From the NCBI GenBank assembly GCA_963514005.1, contig OY740813.1, positions 22,444,001 to 22,508,000 on the forward strand: 64,000 nucleotides of DNA, in the 5' to 3' direction. The notes under the pieces were generated by a model. The model was not told the origin of the DNA. It searched no databases and worked only from the letters and a program-made list of their open reading frames with translations. Positions within the stretch are counted from its first letter, which is position 1. Every line of letters begins with the position of its first letter. Shown here piece after piece: positions 62,670 through 64,000 of this stretch. The translations under genes were made by a program, and so were the position numbers. This DNA comes from Raja brachyura. Taxonomy: Eukaryota.

Positions 62670-64000
62670 AGATAATCTTTATTGTCATTATAACAAGTGA
62701 ACATGTACAACAAAATTAAAATGCCAACCAGTCAGTGCACCATTCACACATTTCTAAAAGCTAACGATACGTAAGCATACACACACCACCATAAAATAAG
62801 CATAAACACACAACCATACATCCTTTTGTCGATTTCACAATCCATTTGGTATGTAGCGCACCTGCGCTCATTTGGTGGCTACATTAAGTGTAGTTATTGC
62901 TGTGGGATAAAAACTGTTTTTTAGTCTGTTTGTCCTTGTCCTCATTGATCTGTATCATCTGCCTGACGGCAACAGTTCAAACAGGGAGTGGCCGGGGTGG
63001 GAAATGTCCTTTATAATGTTCTGGGATTTCTTGAGACAGTGGGAACTGTGTAGGTCCTCCAAAGTGAGGAGAGGGCAGCCGGCAATCTTCTGGGCGTTGT
63101 CAATGGCCCTCTGGAGCGCTTTCCTCTGGGCCGATGTGCAGCTGGTGTACCACACGCATACACAGTATGTTAGGATGCTCTCTATGGAGCACCGATAAAA
63201 GGACAGCAGCAGTCTCTTGGTGATGTTGTTCTTCCTGAGCACCCTCAGGAAGTGCAGTCTCTGCTGGACAATTTTCAGCAGCGCAGAGGTGTTCACGCTC
63301 CATGTCAGGTCCTCCTCAATGTGAATTCCCAGGAAGCGGAAATCCGCCACCCTCTCCACACAGTCCCCTCTGATGATTAGTGGTGTAATGTCCGTTTTCT
63401 TCTTCCTGTAGTCTATTAGGAGCTCCTTTGCCTTTGAGATGTTGACGAGCAGGTTATTCTCTCCACACCACACTGTCAGCTGCTCCACCTCATCCCTGTA
63501 AGCGTACTCATCCCCCCCAGAGATGAGCCCCACCACCGTGGTGTCATCCGCAAATTTGACAATGGTGTTACTGTGACGGGCGGGGGTGCAGTCATATGTG
63601 TAGATGGTGTAAAGTAGGGGGCTCAGCACGCAGCCCTGTGGAGAGCCGGTACTGAGGCTGAGGGCCGTGGATGTGTGATGACCCATTCTGACTCTCTGGC
63701 TGCAACCCGACAGGAAGCTATTTATCCACATGCAGGTGGCGTGTGGAAGTCCCAGGTGCCCCAGTTTGTTCACCAATTTGTGGGGAAGAATGGTGTTAAA
63801 AGCAGAGCTATAATTCACAAAAGAGCATCCGCACGTTGCTCCCCCGCTGCTCCAGGTGGGAGAGTGCAGCAAAGAGGGCTGTGGCTACAGCGTCCTCTGT
63901 GGATCTATTCGCTCTGTACGCAAACTGGTGGGGGTCAAAGCTTCGGGGCAGGAGTGATGTGTGACCCCGGACCAGTTTTTCAAAGCACTTCATCACCACT
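62670..64000 (-). mobile_element. Rex1/Babar LINE RT and 3' UTR (different subfamily), running off the window end
   Basis: ORF 62955-63872 ([35 protein letters not shown]) and 63808-63999 (MKCFEKLV, DPHQFAYRANRSTEDA); tttatt near 62678. Confidence 0.95.

Larger units (their letters stand above)
30829..64000 (-). other. DENND1A: DENND1A upstream intron (partial, more than 33 kb)
   Basis: The expected preceding exon (DPEVQRQFPEDYSDQ-like) was not found by eye before the window end. Confidence 0.7.

Noticed and set aside
1-64000. Prokaryotic-type systems (CRISPR arrays, operons, retrons, defence islands) suggested by RT and nuclease ORFs
   Set aside because: The DNA is vertebrate intron. All RT, APE and GIY-YIG remnants belong to CR1, Rex1 and Penelope retroelements, and no regularly spaced repeat-spacer array is visible.

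Overview
Eukaryotic (vertebrate) genomic DNA, almost certainly from a cartilaginous fish and probably a skate or ray. That assignment is inferred from the repeat complement: HE1/V-SINE-like tRNA SINEs, HER1-like CR1 LINEs, Rex1/Babar LINEs and Penelope-like elements. The whole window lies inside DENND1A (connecdenn-1, a Rab35 GEF) on the minus strand. Two short coding exons, neither called in the right frame by the ORF track, are identifiable: a 50-nt exon at 30779-30828 (EVLQTLTKFCFPFYVD) and a 120-nt exon at 15419-15538 (SLTVSQVGQNFTFVLTDIDSKQRFGFCRLSSGAKTCSCFLS). They correspond to human exons 4 and 5 (numbering from recall). The rest is intron: a dense, often nested transposon landscape alternating with repeat-poor blocks rich in homeodomain/Sox motifs, which are candidate enhancers (DENND1A neighbours LHX2 in other vertebrates). 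I found no convincing new protein-coding system. The most interesting observations are a solo LTR co-oriented with the gene with CCAAT/TATA and a consensus splice donor; Penelope-derived hammerhead-ribozyme motifs and fold-back units; a DNA-transposon end apparently retrotransposed with a CR1 tail; a near full-length Rex1 nested in an older Rex1; and a 38-bp-arm hairpin. All family names come from visual recognition, not database searches. Repeat boundaries are approximate unless a TSD is quoted.
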